Below, in pieces: positions 46,208 to 55,807 of a stretch of DNA of 64,000 bases (position 1 is its first letter; each line of letters begins with the position of its first letter). This DNA comes from a virus (lineage: Duplodnaviria; Caudoviricetes): the IMG/VR virus record IMGVR_UViG_3300032084_001540, positions 419-64,418 of that record; one strand, given 5' to 3'. The notes beneath the pieces are model-generated. The model searched no databases and was not told the DNA's origin. It saw only the letters and a program-made list of their open reading frames with translations. Both the position numbers and the translations under genes were made by a program.

Positions 46208-48766
46208 TTACAAGATTATGTTGTGAAGTGCTCTGTTGCTAAACACGACCATATTATTAGGATCCTCAGCAGAAACGTTTCTGTTCCTAGAACCTTTAGC
46301 AGAGGCAGCTGATTGAGTTTGCTTATTAGCCTGCCCATTAGAAGCTGCAACCAACGCATTGGATTCAGATTGTGACATTTCTGATGGAGAAGTTTGAGAT
46401 AATTCAGCAGCGTTATTAATACCTCTACTGGGAGATGTTTTTCCTTTCACTAAAGGATTGACGCTATATCTAGATTGAGTGGGAGATAGAGTACCAGCAG
46501 AATCCTTTCTATACCCAGACATAGAAACATTTGAAGTTACAGGTGTGAGTCCGCCAGATGATTTCGCCGCACTCTGTGCTGCAGCTGCATCATTATCTGG
46601 GGTTGCAGTTCTAGAACCACCACTAGAATCAACAGAATCAATATCAGAGGCATCGCCGCCTCCAGCACCTAAAGCAATTTTTATAGATTTTGGTTTTACT
46701 TGTTTATACGTTTCCAGAAACTCTTGCTCTGCTTTTGTTCCTGCCCTGCCCCCAAGTTCAACACCAATACATCCAAGAGTTCCATCACTATTAATATCAT
46801 TGTGAAGCATCAATCCAGATCTACTGCCAATAGAACCACTAGAGTTACCAATAAATGAGGACCAATGCCCAATTCCAGGTAGTCCAGGCCAATTTCCATG
46901 TTCATCGAATCCAACTAGACTGTAATTACCATCTGGCATCGGAGCATTTCTAGTATCATATCTTGCTTTCTGTGAGACTCCTTTGCCAGAATTGGTTCCA
47001 CTGATGGCAAGGTATTTTTTACCAACCCGCTTTCCATCTGCATTTTTTAATACTAATTCCCCTTCAATACTATTTCCAGTTCCCTTTACCTCAATACTAC
47101 CACCACCTGCAGCATACATTGTATTATTAAGTAGTTTTGGTTTGTTCGTTCCTCCACCAGAAGCATTCATCTTCTCAAGATTACCCACTCCGATTTTATT
47201 GACAGCACCCTTGCTCATGACAAACTCACCAGGAGTTAGCATAGCAGGAACAGTGTCAGTTCCTTGTGGTTGTGGTGTTCCACCTCCAGAGAGATAATTG
47301 ATTGTTGGACTGAATATCCCAGGAACCTGACCACCACCAGACATTTGGAGGTTTACTGTCTGATTATATGATGGGGATGATTGAACCTCACCGCCACCTG
47401 ATAAAAAACTAATAGAGTCATTTTTTGGCGGAGAATTTTTGCCGCCATTTTTGGAATTAAAAGTTGATTTTCGCACAGGCCCGCCGCCTGTGAATCCTTT
47501 GACGATACCACCAGTGCCATGACTAGGACTAGGTTTGGACGGAACTAATCCACCACTGTTGAAACCATACTTCTTGGTCTCACCAGTATCCAGTTTACTT
47601 AATTGTTCTTTCGCTTCAGCATCTCTTCCCTGAAGTCTATCCATAAAGGATGGATTGTTTGCTATTTTTTCTAACTCTGCTCTCGTAGCAGCTTCTCCTT
47701 TTTTCTTTACGTTATCCTGAGTTTTTCTTTCCTGCTCATCAACAGTATCAGGCATAAGCATAGGAATAGCAGCACCAGCAGCGAATAATGCTCCTCCAAT
47801 CAGTAATGGTTTTGGAACCTTACCCAATAATCCTGCTGCTTTAACTCCTAGTTTGAAGGCAAGTCCTATCAATTTAGGCACAAGTCTCAGTAGACTACCA
47901 GTCATCTTCAGTAGAGTTCTGGTAAGTCCATTGCCAAAAATGAGGTAGATCGCTAACAGAGCAGGCCAAAACTTACTTAAGAATCTGAATACATTACCCA
48001 ATTTTCTCTGGTTTTCTTTATCACCAATCCAATCCACTATTCTCATCAACGCTCCATAAAAGAGCATGGTCCCTAGTGCTTTGAATAGTCTTTCAAAAAG
48101 ACCCATAGCAGGTTTTAAAAGTTTTTTAAAGGAGGTTCCAACCTTCTTCATAAAACCTTCTCTAAATTTTTCTTTCTTCTCTCCTTTCTCTTTTTCTAAA
48201 CGCTTTCTCTCTTTCTCTGCTAGTTTTTTATCTAACTTCAGATCCTTTGCCATCAATTTCTCAATGGAAGTTGTGCTCTTTAAAATAGCATCCAACTTCT
48301 CAATCAGAGGGTCTTTCTTTACCTTTGCTCTCTGCTTCCTTTTTTGCTCCTGTTCTGATTCAGGTTGTGCAGTTCCAGGAAGTAGTTTTTGTGTGGGTTT
48401 TGCTGAGACTCCACCTATATTTCCTGCAACATCCCCTCCACCACCAGAAGACTTCTGTTCAAGTTTCTGTACTGATTTCTTCTGTTCAAATACTCTATCA
48501 ACAAATGATTTAAATTCAATCTTATCTTTTTTATATGTCTTGACTCCCTCTTTTCTCTCAGATGGCGTTACATTGTCACCACCAATTCTACCATCAGATA
48601 AAAGTTCTTGGTAATACTTATCATATTTGTCTTCGCCAACAAACTTTTTGACATTAATAGTTTTTTTCTTGCCACCTCTAATTGAAGACAGCAAGTCATC
48701 AAGACCTTTAGGAACCTCCTCGTCTTTCTCTTCTCTGATAGATTTTAGGAGATCATCAAGATCCAT
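46208..48766 (-). CDS. tape-measure/ejection-like protein with L,D-transpeptidase-like (DUF2778/Tlde1) domain
   Basis: Lys-rich coiled coil, hydrophobic helices, GTDTVPAMLTPGEFVM motif, APMPDGNY...MLH...LGCIG; start placed at MDLDDLL. Confidence 0.7.
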   Translation of the reverse strand: MDLDDLLKSIREEKDEEVPKGLDDLLSSIRGGKKKTINVKKFVGEDKYDKYYQELLSDGRIGGDNVTPSERKEGVKTYKKDKIEFKSFVDRVFEQKKSVQKLEQKSSGGGGDVAGNIGGVSAKPTQKLLPGTAQPESEQEQKRKQRAKVKKDPLIEKLDAILKSTTSIEKLMAKDLKLDKKLAEKERKRLEKEKGEKKEKFREGFMKKVGTSFKKLLKPAMGLFERLFKALGTMLFYGALMRIVDWIGDKENQRKLGNVFRFLSKFWPALLAIYLIFGNGLTRTLLKMTGSLLRLVPKLIGLAFKLGVKAAGLLGKVPKPLLIGGALFAAGAAIPMLMPDTVDEQERKTQDNVKKKGEAATRAELEKIANNPSFMDRLQGRDAEAKEQLSKLDTGETKKYGFNSGGLVPSKPSPSHGTGGIVKGFTGGGPVRKSTFNSKNGGKNSPPKNDSISFLSGGGEVQSSPSYNQTVNLQMSGGGQVPGIFSPTINYLSGGGTPQPQGTDTVPAMLTPGEFVMSKGAVNKIGVGNLEKMNASGGGTNKPKLLNNTMYAAGGGSIEVKGTGNSIEGELVLKNADGKRVGKKYLAISGTNSGKGVSQKARYDTRNAPMPDGNYSLVGFDEHGNWPGLPGIGHWSSFIGNSSGSIGSRSGLMLHNDINSDGTLGCIGVELGGRAGTKAEQEFLETYKQVKPKSIKIALGAGGGDASDIDSVDSSGGSRTATPDNDAAAAQSAAKSSGGLTPVTSNVSMSGYRKDSAGTLSPTQSRYSVNPLVKGKTSPSRGINNAAELSQTSPSEMSQSESNALVAASNGQANKQTQSAASAKGSRNRNVSAEDPNNMVVFSNRALHNIIL
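46556..46612. repeat. 57-bp direct repeat, copy 2
   Basis: 52/57 identical to 43501-43557. Confidence 0.9.
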
Positions 48767-48929
48767 TTGCTTGCTGTTGTTGTTTGAGTTTCTCTTCCTC
48801 AATATGTTGCTTCAAGAGTTCAATATAGATGTCCCGTTCCCACGGAATCATGGCTTCAACCTCTGTTAATGAGTATTTATGGTACTGCATTAACGCAAAA
48901 TTTATCCTGAAGTATGCCTCCAAATTCAT
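48756..48929 (-). CDS. gp51: baseplate hub assembly protein gp51
   Basis: NFALMQYHKYSLTEVEAMIPWERDIY; follows gp26. Confidence 0.85.
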   Translation of the reverse strand: MNLEAYFRINFALMQYHKYSLTEVEAMIPWERDIYIELLKQHIEEEKLKQQQQANGS

Positions 48930-48940
48930 GTGAGACATAC

Positions 48941-49660
48941 CTAGCTGAAAAAACTATTTAACCCCTCTAGAACTACTTTGTTTACTTTCTTAGTACTTGG
49001 GTTCTTAAACTTAACTTCATGAGAAAGTTTTGGCATCGTTTCAAAGAACTTTTCAATCTGTTTGAATTGTGCTGAACTAAGTTGCTCAACAAATTCAACC
49101 AGTTCTTTATCAGTATAGTCAGACGCCGCCCAAGCATCTTCCTCATTGTAAATGGTCTCGATGCAAGACGCAATTACACTAAAAGTTTTCTCAACGTTTG
49201 AAACATCTTCAGTAATGAAATTATTATCAATGAATTGAGACAATGAAGGATACTTCATTTTCATTCTAAGAGTATCATCCAAAATCACTTCAGAATTATG
49301 ATCCTTCTGCTTGTTAACTTTGATATCATAGATAGAAATTTTTACTGGAACTTCAGTAATCTCATCATCAGGAGCAATAACATTGACTTCAATTTCTTCA
49401 CCAACAGACTTGCCGCGAATCATCAGGAACAAATATTCGATATCAAATGTGGGAAGTGTTTCAATATCAATGCCTGGTGTTAAGATACATGCCTGCAAGA
49501 CGTTTTTAATTGCAAGTGTGATCTCACTATTATCCTGACTCTCCATTGCAAGGACTAGAAGTTTCTCTTCTTTAACAATGAACGGTCTAATTTCGATCTC
49601 CTTTTCAGTTGAAGGCAACTCAATCTTGTAAGAAGGAGTGGCAATTCTAGGTAAAGCCAT
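48941..49660 (-). CDS. gp26: baseplate hub subunit gp26
   Basis: MALP...RPFIVKEEKLL...FDIEYLFLMIRGKSVGE...LEGLNSFF; ATAAATA at 49687-49693. Confidence 0.9.
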   Translation of the reverse strand: MALPRIATPSYKIELPSTEKEIEIRPFIVKEEKLLVLAMESQDNSEITLAIKNVLQACILTPGIDIETLPTFDIEYLFLMIRGKSVGEEIEVNVIAPDDEITEVPVKISIYDIKVNKQKDHNSEVILDDTLRMKMKYPSLSQFIDNNFITEDVSNVEKTFSVIASCIETIYNEEDAWAASDYTDKELVEFVEQLSSAQFKQIEKFFETMPKLSHEVKFKNPSTKKVNKVVLEGLNSFFS

Positions 49661-49689
49661 GTTTTTTAATATAATTCAGTGTGTTTTAT

Positions 49690-50508
49690 TTATTCGGGAC
49701 CAGATGGAGTATTGTTGAATGAAGCTGGAGATGGTGGGTAATTACCCTTCTTAGTGTAACTACTTTGATTGTCTCCACTGTTTTCAGCATTATCACTTGG
49801 TGCAGTATTGCTTTGTTCACTCTTTTGTACTGTTGTGTTATCTGTAGATTGTTGTGCAGAGTTTACACTACCCCCACCAGAACCAATATTATCTAAGATA
49901 TATCTATCATATGCAAAATCAACAGTACATTTCAATACATCACTTGGTCCATAAGATACTGACATTGAACTCAAGTTGATTGGAAATGCATTAACAAACG
50001 TATAAGTTATTGAGGCATTAGATCCGTTCACACCATTTGGTACAACATCATTAGAATAATTCTTATTGAACTTCAAGAGATGAATGTTGCACTTATAATC
50101 TTCGGGATATCTAAATCTAGTAAATGCATAACCCTCTCTGTTTCCAATATAATCTCCCTGTCCATCTGGTCCATGAATATATTGCATCCAAGACTCTAAA
50201 ATTTTGATTGTGTCATATCTAGTGTCAACATAGAATGTACAATTCAGATCAGAAAAGTCTCTACGATATGCCATCTTCGATGTGATGCCATGATATGTAG
50301 TGTCAGTTGCAGTAGAGAATCTTGATCCAGGTAGAGAAGTGCTCTCACACATAACATTCATGTGCTCTACTGAAATTCTATCTCCAAATGGAAACTTAGA
50401 TAGACCAGACATGCCTAGTTGATACTGAGCAGTTAATGCTACATCAGTAATCTTATTAACAAATTTACTAATACCGCCGCCTTGGAATGCTACCTTGCCG
50501 TTAGCCAT
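49690..50508 (-). CDS. tail tube initiator-like protein (gp54/gp19 family)
   Basis: CESTSLPG...TFYVD...WMQYI...NAFPINL...VDFAY; position between gp4 and gp26. Confidence 0.65.
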   Translation of the reverse strand: MANGKVAFQGGGISKFVNKITDVALTAQYQLGMSGLSKFPFGDRISVEHMNVMCESTSLPGSRFSTATDTTYHGITSKMAYRRDFSDLNCTFYVDTRYDTIKILESWMQYIHGPDGQGDYIGNREGYAFTRFRYPEDYKCNIHLLKFNKNYSNDVVPNGVNGSNASITYTFVNAFPINLSSMSVSYGPSDVLKCTVDFAYDRYILDNIGSGGGSVNSAQQSTDNTTVQKSEQSNTAPSDNAENSGDNQSSYTKKGNYPPSPASFNNTPSGPE

Positions 50509-50543
50509 CTAAATAAGAATAGTGTTCCCATATTATGTAGGCT

Positions 50544-50978
50544 ATGAGTTACAAGGGAAAGTTCCGTCCCAGTAATTATTTGAAGTATAAGGGTGATCCA
50601 ACTAAGGTTATTTACCGTTCATTATGGGAACTTAAATTTATGAATTGGTGTGATCGTAATGAAAATATTTTAGAATGGGGTTCAGAAGAGATTGTAATTC
50701 CATACATCTCTCCAGTTGATGGTAGAGTTCATCGTTACTTTCCTGACTTTTATATCTCTCTCAGAAATACATCTGGAAGACTGCAAAAATATATCGTAGA
50801 GGTCAAACCCCTAAAGCAAACGATGCAACCCAAGAGACCAAAGAAAAATACTAAACGGTATCTTACTGAGTCTGCTACCTACGCTGTAAACATTGCTAAG
50901 TGGAAAGCAGCAACTGAATTTTGTAAAGATAGACTATGGAATTTTAAAATCATAACTGAGAAAGAATTAGGTTTATGA
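50544..50978 (+). CDS. gp4: head completion nuclease gp4
   Basis: YKGKFRP.N..KYKGDP...YRSLWE...WGSEE...HRYFPDF...EVKP; CTAAATA at 50509-50515. Confidence 0.92.
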   Translation: MSYKGKFRPSNYLKYKGDPTKVIYRSLWELKFMNWCDRNENILEWGSEEIVIPYISPVDGRVHRYFPDFYISLRNTSGRLQKYIVEVKPLKQTMQPKRPKKNTKRYLTESATYAVNIAKWKAATEFCKDRLWNFKIITEKELGL

Positions 50979-51322
50979 ATCGAATCAAGAAACATAAAAA
51001 AGACTTGATTGCAATGGGAAATGCTGATGATAAGATGATGTTTCTTATGGAAATCATCGGTGAAAGTGAATTAATTCCCGAAAGACCTGGAGCTTTTTAT
51101 ACATACTTGTATAGACCTAAGACTCCCAACATTCAGTATGATGAATATCCCCTAGTTGTCATTACCTCAATTGAACAATGGGGGTGGAAAGGATTTAACT
51201 TCCACTGGAGAAAATCTAGAAATTATACATTCCCAGAAGTAATGGGGAAAATGATGAGAGTTGATGAAGAAGAACTTCTTGACTTACTTGACATCAACTA
51301 CGCAAAATTCGACGTATCTTAA
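50975..51322 (+). CDS. gp2: DNA end protector gp2-like protein
   Basis: YTYLY.PKT....YDEYPLV...GFNFHW; follows gp4. Confidence 0.65.
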   Translation: MNRIKKHKKDLIAMGNADDKMMFLMEIIGESELIPERPGAFYTYLYRPKTPNIQYDEYPLVVITSIEQWGWKGFNFHWRKSRNYTFPEVMGKMMRVDEEELLDLLDINYAKFDVS

Positions 51323-51327
51323 ATCCC

Positions 51328-52668
51328 ATGGCAGCATCAGGAGACAAGAGTTCAAAAATTACCTTGGCGAATGGAAAAACCGTTAACGTCAACACTAACC
51401 TGGACAATGGTCAAGGAACTCTGACGGATTCTAACGGAAAGACTATTGGATTCATTGGATCTAAAGGAAATGTTTACTTTAATGGTGGGGACAGCACTGC
51501 TCAAAAAGCATTAGTTGGTGGCGGTGGCAGAAACGGACAGTTAAGAGCATCGATACAGAGGAATCTAAAAAATCAAGTAAAAGCGATGGCAGAGAATGAA
51601 AACAAAGCCATCATCAATAACAATGCTAGCACCACTCAGAAATTAAATCTGAAAGACATGGGATATGGTGATAGTCTTGATATTCCAGATCCCCTTGCTC
51701 CTAATGGAGGAAGTGGTGATAAGACTGGAGATCAAGAAGCATCACCATCTACAGAGGAAAAAAATACTAACCAGCAACCAAATCAATCATATAGTCAAGG
51801 CAAATCTGCGTCAGGGACGATGAGATATCCTGTCGATCAACCAAAAGACTTAGACTTCGTTATCTTTAAAGGGTTTGAATATCAACCTCTTGCTGCTGCA
51901 GGTGGACCAGGAGGATTTGGATCTGGAATGCTATCAAGAATGTCTGAGCGTTTGATGGATGCTACAGAAAAGTTTGCTATCATTCTACCTATTCAACAAA
52001 GTGTAAATGATACTAACTCTGTTTCTTGGGGAGATGATAATCTAAACTTCCTTCAAGCAGCAGCTGCTGGAGCAATCACTGAGGCTACCAAAGTGATTGG
52101 AGGAGCAGATGGTAGACCAGGACAAGTGATCGATAGTTTTGTTAAAACAGTCGGAAATGCGTCAGCTCAAGGACCTATCAAAAGTTTCCTTGCTACTAAG
52201 GCAGCACAAGAGATTATCGGTTCTGATATCTTTGGCAGGAGCACTGGTATGGCTGCCAACAACAACCTAACCCTATTGTTCAAGGGTGTTTCTCTTAGAG
52301 GATTTGCATTTCAATTTACAATGACACCAAAGCGTGTAGAGGATTCAGAGGAGATCAAAAAAATTATCAGAGCATTCAAACAAGCAAAGGCACCTGGAGT
52401 TGGTGCATCAGGATTATTTTTACAGGCACCCAACATTTTTAAAATTGAATATAGAAATTCTGAGGGTCAACCACATCCATATCTGAATACATTTAAACCA
52501 CTGGCATTAACTGATATGGCAATAAGTTATACACCAAACAATCAATATACTACATATGAAGATAGTGGAATGATTCAATATCAGATGAACTTAACCTTCA
52601 AGGAGATTGATCCAATCTTCCGCGAAGATTATGATGATGGCGAAGGTTTACGAGGCATGGGATTCTAA
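51328..52668 (+). CDS. gp48: baseplate tail tube cap gp48
   Basis: RYP...ILPI...LLFKGVSLRGFAFQF.MTP...FL.APNIF...LTFKEIDPI. Confidence 0.85.
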   Translation: MAASGDKSSKITLANGKTVNVNTNLDNGQGTLTDSNGKTIGFIGSKGNVYFNGGDSTAQKALVGGGGRNGQLRASIQRNLKNQVKAMAENENKAIINNNASTTQKLNLKDMGYGDSLDIPDPLAPNGGSGDKTGDQEASPSTEEKNTNQQPNQSYSQGKSASGTMRYPVDQPKDLDFVIFKGFEYQPLAAAGGPGGFGSGMLSRMSERLMDATEKFAIILPIQQSVNDTNSVSWGDDNLNFLQAAAAGAITEATKVIGGADGRPGQVIDSFVKTVGNASAQGPIKSFLATKAAQEIIGSDIFGRSTGMAANNNLTLLFKGVSLRGFAFQFTMTPKRVEDSEEIKKIIRAFKQAKAPGVGASGLFLQAPNIFKIEYRNSEGQPHPYLNTFKPLALTDMAISYTPNNQYTTYEDSGMIQYQMNLTFKEIDPIFREDYDDGEGLRGMGF

Positions 52669-53327
52669 TGGGTTACTTCAGACAAATACCAAACTGGATG
52701 TACACATCCAGACTACAAACTAAAAATTCAGATTATGATTTTGTTGAAGCAAAAAACTTTTATCGTAGAGCAAAAGTTCGCTCAGACTTCTTTGATAGAT
52801 TCACATCGTTTGAGATGTATCAGATCATTGGAGAAGAACGTCCCGATAATGTTGCACAGAAAGTGTATGGTGATCCAGAATTGGACTGGGTTATCTTGAC
52901 AGTAAACAATATTGTCAATGTGTATTCAGAGTGGCCTCTGGCATCAAGATCTTTTGAAAAATTCTTAATTCAAAAATATCAATCAATCCAAGGATATAAT
53001 CAAGTTCATCACTATGAGACCGTGGAAGTAAAAAATTCCAGAGGGAGGATTGTTCTCCCTGCTGGAATTGAAGTTGATTCAGATTTTAGATTTACCTATG
53101 TTGATGGTAATAATGAAGTCTTAGACTCTGATGTAACTATAGAAGTGACAAACAGAGACCATGAGTTAAAGATTCAAGACGAACTCAGAAACATTTACGT
53201 TCTAAGACCGATCTTCCTACAAACTTTCTTGAATGATATAGATGAAATTATGGAGTATCCAAAAAAATCATCTTCATATATTGGAGATAAGTTGAAGCAA
53301 GGTGGAATAAAACCAACTGATTATTAA
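52668..53327 (+). CDS. gp53: baseplate wedge protein gp53
   Basis: YFRQIPN...RPDNVAQKVYGDPELDWVIL..NNI....EWP...HHYET. Confidence 0.9.
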   Translation: MGYFRQIPNWMYTSRLQTKNSDYDFVEAKNFYRRAKVRSDFFDRFTSFEMYQIIGEERPDNVAQKVYGDPELDWVILTVNNIVNVYSEWPLASRSFEKFLIQKYQSIQGYNQVHHYETVEVKNSRGRIVLPAGIEVDSDFRFTYVDGNNEVLDSDVTIEVTNRDHELKIQDELRNIYVLRPIFLQTFLNDIDEIMEYPKKSSSYIGDKLKQGGIKPTDY

Positions 53328-53642
53328 TCAGTCAACTCGAACTCTCACACCAAAGTAAAATAAATCATGATGATCGTAGTAATGATGATCATGACGATGG
53401 TGATGCCATGGACTACAGTTGCGAATCCTAGTCACTTCTCTTTTGGTCTGGGGTCCATGGGGACTTTGCCATCTAGTAGTTTTGATTTTCTGACAGTGCT
53501 TCCAATCATACTTTGTTCTAGATCTCTTAGTTCTCTCCTCAATCTCTCCCCAATCATGATAATGATAGTAATGACGAGAGTGAGCAGAGGCAGCAGGTGC
53601 TGCCAAGACTAACCCAAATAAGAGAAGTGGTAGGAATTTCAT
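53328..53642 (-). CDS. His-rich secreted small protein
   Basis: Signal peptide MKFLPLLLFGLVLAAPAASA; HSRHYYHYH and HHHRHDHHYYDHH. Confidence 0.65.
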   Translation of the reverse strand: MKFLPLLLFGLVLAAPAASAHSRHYYHYHDWGEIEERTKRSRTKYDWKHCQKIKTTRWQSPHGPQTKREVTRIRNCSPWHHHRHDHHYYDHHDLFYFGVRVRVD

Positions 53643-53663
53643 TCGTCTGTACGGTAAGGGTTC

Positions 53664-54560
53664 TCAGCTGTTGGCGAGATTCTGGAAGTAACTCAGAGCA
53701 TCTTCCTCATCTGCATCAGCAGTTTGTGCTACAGGTTCAGGTGCTTTAGACTTGAAGTCGGGGGTGAATGATCCGCGACCATCACTCTCATCACTAAGTT
53801 CTTCATCCATAACAGGGCGAGAAGACCGTTGTCCAAGCACCATCTTCAGTCGCTTATCAAGATCCTCATAGGACTTGAACTGAGATGCATCAACAATCTC
53901 AGCAAGACCATATTCTTTCTTCCAGATTGCTTCCATTGCATCGTCATCGTCTAGCAAAGGTGCTTGACGTGCGAACTCAGAAGAATCATAGTTCCAGTAA
54001 CCTGCAACTTTCTTGATCTTCAGTTTGAAGTCTGCACCCTGCCAGAAATCAAATGGATTGATAGCAGTCTCGTCTTCAAACTCAGGTTGCATTGCTTCCA
54101 TGATCTTATCAAAGATCTTCTTACCAAACTTATAAAGGAAAACTCTTCCCTCATTCTCAGGATTTGTGGGATCTTTTACCACATAGATGTTGGTATAGTA
54201 GGACAATTTGCGCTTCTGCTTACGGGCAGTTTCTTTGTCAGCATCACTACCACTGTTCCACAGTTCACGATTGTACTCAGAGACAGGATCCTTTCCACCA
54301 AGAGTGGTTAAAGAGTTCTCAATGTACCATCCACCAGGACCTTGGAAGGCGTGAGTATATAGTTTTGCCCATGGAAGATCTTCTCCATCAGGAGCTGGCA
54401 GGAAACGGATAACTGCATAACCATTGCCAGTCTTGTCCATTTCAGGTTTCCAGAGACGGTCATCGCCTCCAGTTTTGGTGCTCATTTTTTCAACTTCCTT
54501 GACCAGTTTGGAGGTCAGGGAACCAAGAGAAGATTGCTTCTTAAGATTTGCAAAAGACAT
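53664..54560 (-). CDS. gp32: single-stranded DNA-binding protein gp32
   Basis: MSFANLKK...DKTGNGYAVIRFLP...HAFQGPGGWYIENS; acidic C-terminus. Confidence 0.95.
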   Translation of the reverse strand: MSFANLKKQSSLGSLTSKLVKEVEKMSTKTGGDDRLWKPEMDKTGNGYAVIRFLPAPDGEDLPWAKLYTHAFQGPGGWYIENSLTTLGGKDPVSEYNRELWNSGSDADKETARKQKRKLSYYTNIYVVKDPTNPENEGRVFLYKFGKKIFDKIMEAMQPEFEDETAINPFDFWQGADFKLKIKKVAGYWNYDSSEFARQAPLLDDDDAMEAIWKKEYGLAEIVDASQFKSYEDLDKRLKMVLGQRSSRPVMDEELSDESDGRGSFTPDFKSKAPEPVAQTADADEEDALSYFQNLANS

Positions 54561-54606
54561 TTGGATTACCTCGGGTTGTTTAGATTTGGCTTGTGTGTAC
54601 TTCGTA

Positions 54607-54635
54607 AGTATATCAGTCAGAGTCCACCATGTCAA
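54607..54635 (-). promoter_or_regulatory. sigma70-like promoter for gp32
   Basis: TTGACA-N17-TATACT. Confidence 0.8.
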
Positions 54636-54954
54636 GCTGTTGCTTGAGTGTGGTGATCATCTTTTCCATGTTAGAAAAAATTACCGACATGTCGATATCG
54701 CGTGGCATACCCATCATAACAGCAGACTTCAGGATACTCTCCTTCATCTGGACAGCTTCTGGATCGTCACTCAAAGAGAGTCTAGTGTATAAGATTCTCT
54801 GCTTCTCAAGAAGACGTTGAAGAAGAAGGATATGATCCTTTTTTTCTTCCATATCCATACTAGGAAAGGCGAAAACGTTTTCATAAACGCTCTCTTGCAA
54901 TTCCTGAATTTGAGTCATCTCTGCTCGGACAACTTCTGAATCAAAAAAACTCAT
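54613..54954 (-). CDS. DUF1825-family protein
   Basis: MSFFDSEVVRAE...RLSLSDDPEA. Confidence 0.75.
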   Translation of the reverse strand: MSFFDSEVVRAEMTQIQELQESVYENVFAFPSMDMEEKKDHILLLQRLLEKQRILYTRLSLSDDPEAVQMKESILKSAVMMGMPRDIDMSVIFSNMEKMITTLKQQLDMVDSD

Positions 54955-55550
54955 TGATCTTCCACTAATACGTCTTTTAAAATTTTTCTATAATGAAATA
55001 CATCGATATTTAGAAACTTATCATACTTAGAAAGTTTCAAAGATACTAATTTCCATACAGGATCGTCGATCTTTCTATCAAAGTGGGATTTATATCCCAG
55101 TATTTTGTTCAAAATCAACATGGTCTCTAGAGATAATTTTCCCTGTAGATGTGCCTTGAGAATAGGAGGGTGATAACTATCATCTCTTGAGAACATTCTG
55201 TCAAAGTCTCTATCTAGAAAGACTTCTTCAATCTCATTTTTAAAAGAGTATGAGAGACTCTGGATTTTCTTCTGCCATTGACGATGCACTTTATCACCCT
55301 CTCGCATTAGCTCTACAATATAGAGTGATTGTGGATCATTGCATGTGGCAAAGTTGGCGACAAAGAATTCTTCAATCTCTTTGTCATTTTTCTGGCGAGA
55401 CAGTTTCTCAAAAAAGTATCTGTCTTTTCTTTTGTAGAAAGAATTAAGAGAAGCACGACTAGAACCACAATACTTATGGTAGTCATACTTCTCTTTAGTA
55501 AAATGATTTTTTATTGCCAGAAATTTTTTGTAGCAATCAAAAGGCATCAT
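54951..55550 (-). CDS. gp59: helicase loader gp59
   Basis: Y..FLAIKNHF...YDY.KY...F.KRKDRYFFEKL. Confidence 0.9.
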   Translation of the reverse strand: MMPFDCYKKFLAIKNHFTKEKYDYHKYCGSSRASLNSFYKRKDRYFFEKLSRQKNDKEIEEFFVANFATCNDPQSLYIVELMREGDKVHRQWQKKIQSLSYSFKNEIEEVFLDRDFDRMFSRDDSYHPPILKAHLQGKLSLETMLILNKILGYKSHFDRKIDDPVWKLVSLKLSKYDKFLNIDVFHYRKILKDVLVEDQ

Positions 55551-55807
55551 TACAATGGCAAACGGGCACGACTTGTTCTTTTTAGAAAGTTAAGTTCAGT
55601 GGCGTTGTATTTAATTTTTTCTTTGAGTGGTTTGGAGATTAGTTTAGATACAGAATCGAAGTCGATCTTATTCTCCTCACAGAAGTAAACTACAGCATCG
55701 ATGTAGTTCATCTCTGGATTCTCTTTGATAACTTTCTCGACTTCTTGTGCGAATCGAGTTGGACACAGAAATTTCTGTTCCAGAACCTTATCTAGTTCAT
55801 TCTCCAT
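55550..55807 (-). CDS. gp33: late transcription coactivator gp33
   Basis: YIDAVV.FCEEN.ID...KLISKPLKEKI..A..LNFL. Confidence 0.9.
   Translation of the reverse strand: MENELDKVLEQKFLCPTRFAQEVEKVIKENPEMNYIDAVVYFCEENKIDFDSVSKLISKPLKEKIKYNATELNFLKRTSRARLPL

Noticed and set aside
44057-48869. Plus-strand ORFs up to 198 aa opposite the two large hub-region genes
   Set aside because: Antisense shadows with low-complexity translations
54561-54635. N-terminal extensions in the ORF track (gp32, helicase, 233-1234, 57232-57540, 59357-59698)
   Set aside because: The extensions run through promoters or upstream genes; downstream ATGs match the expected family N-termini better
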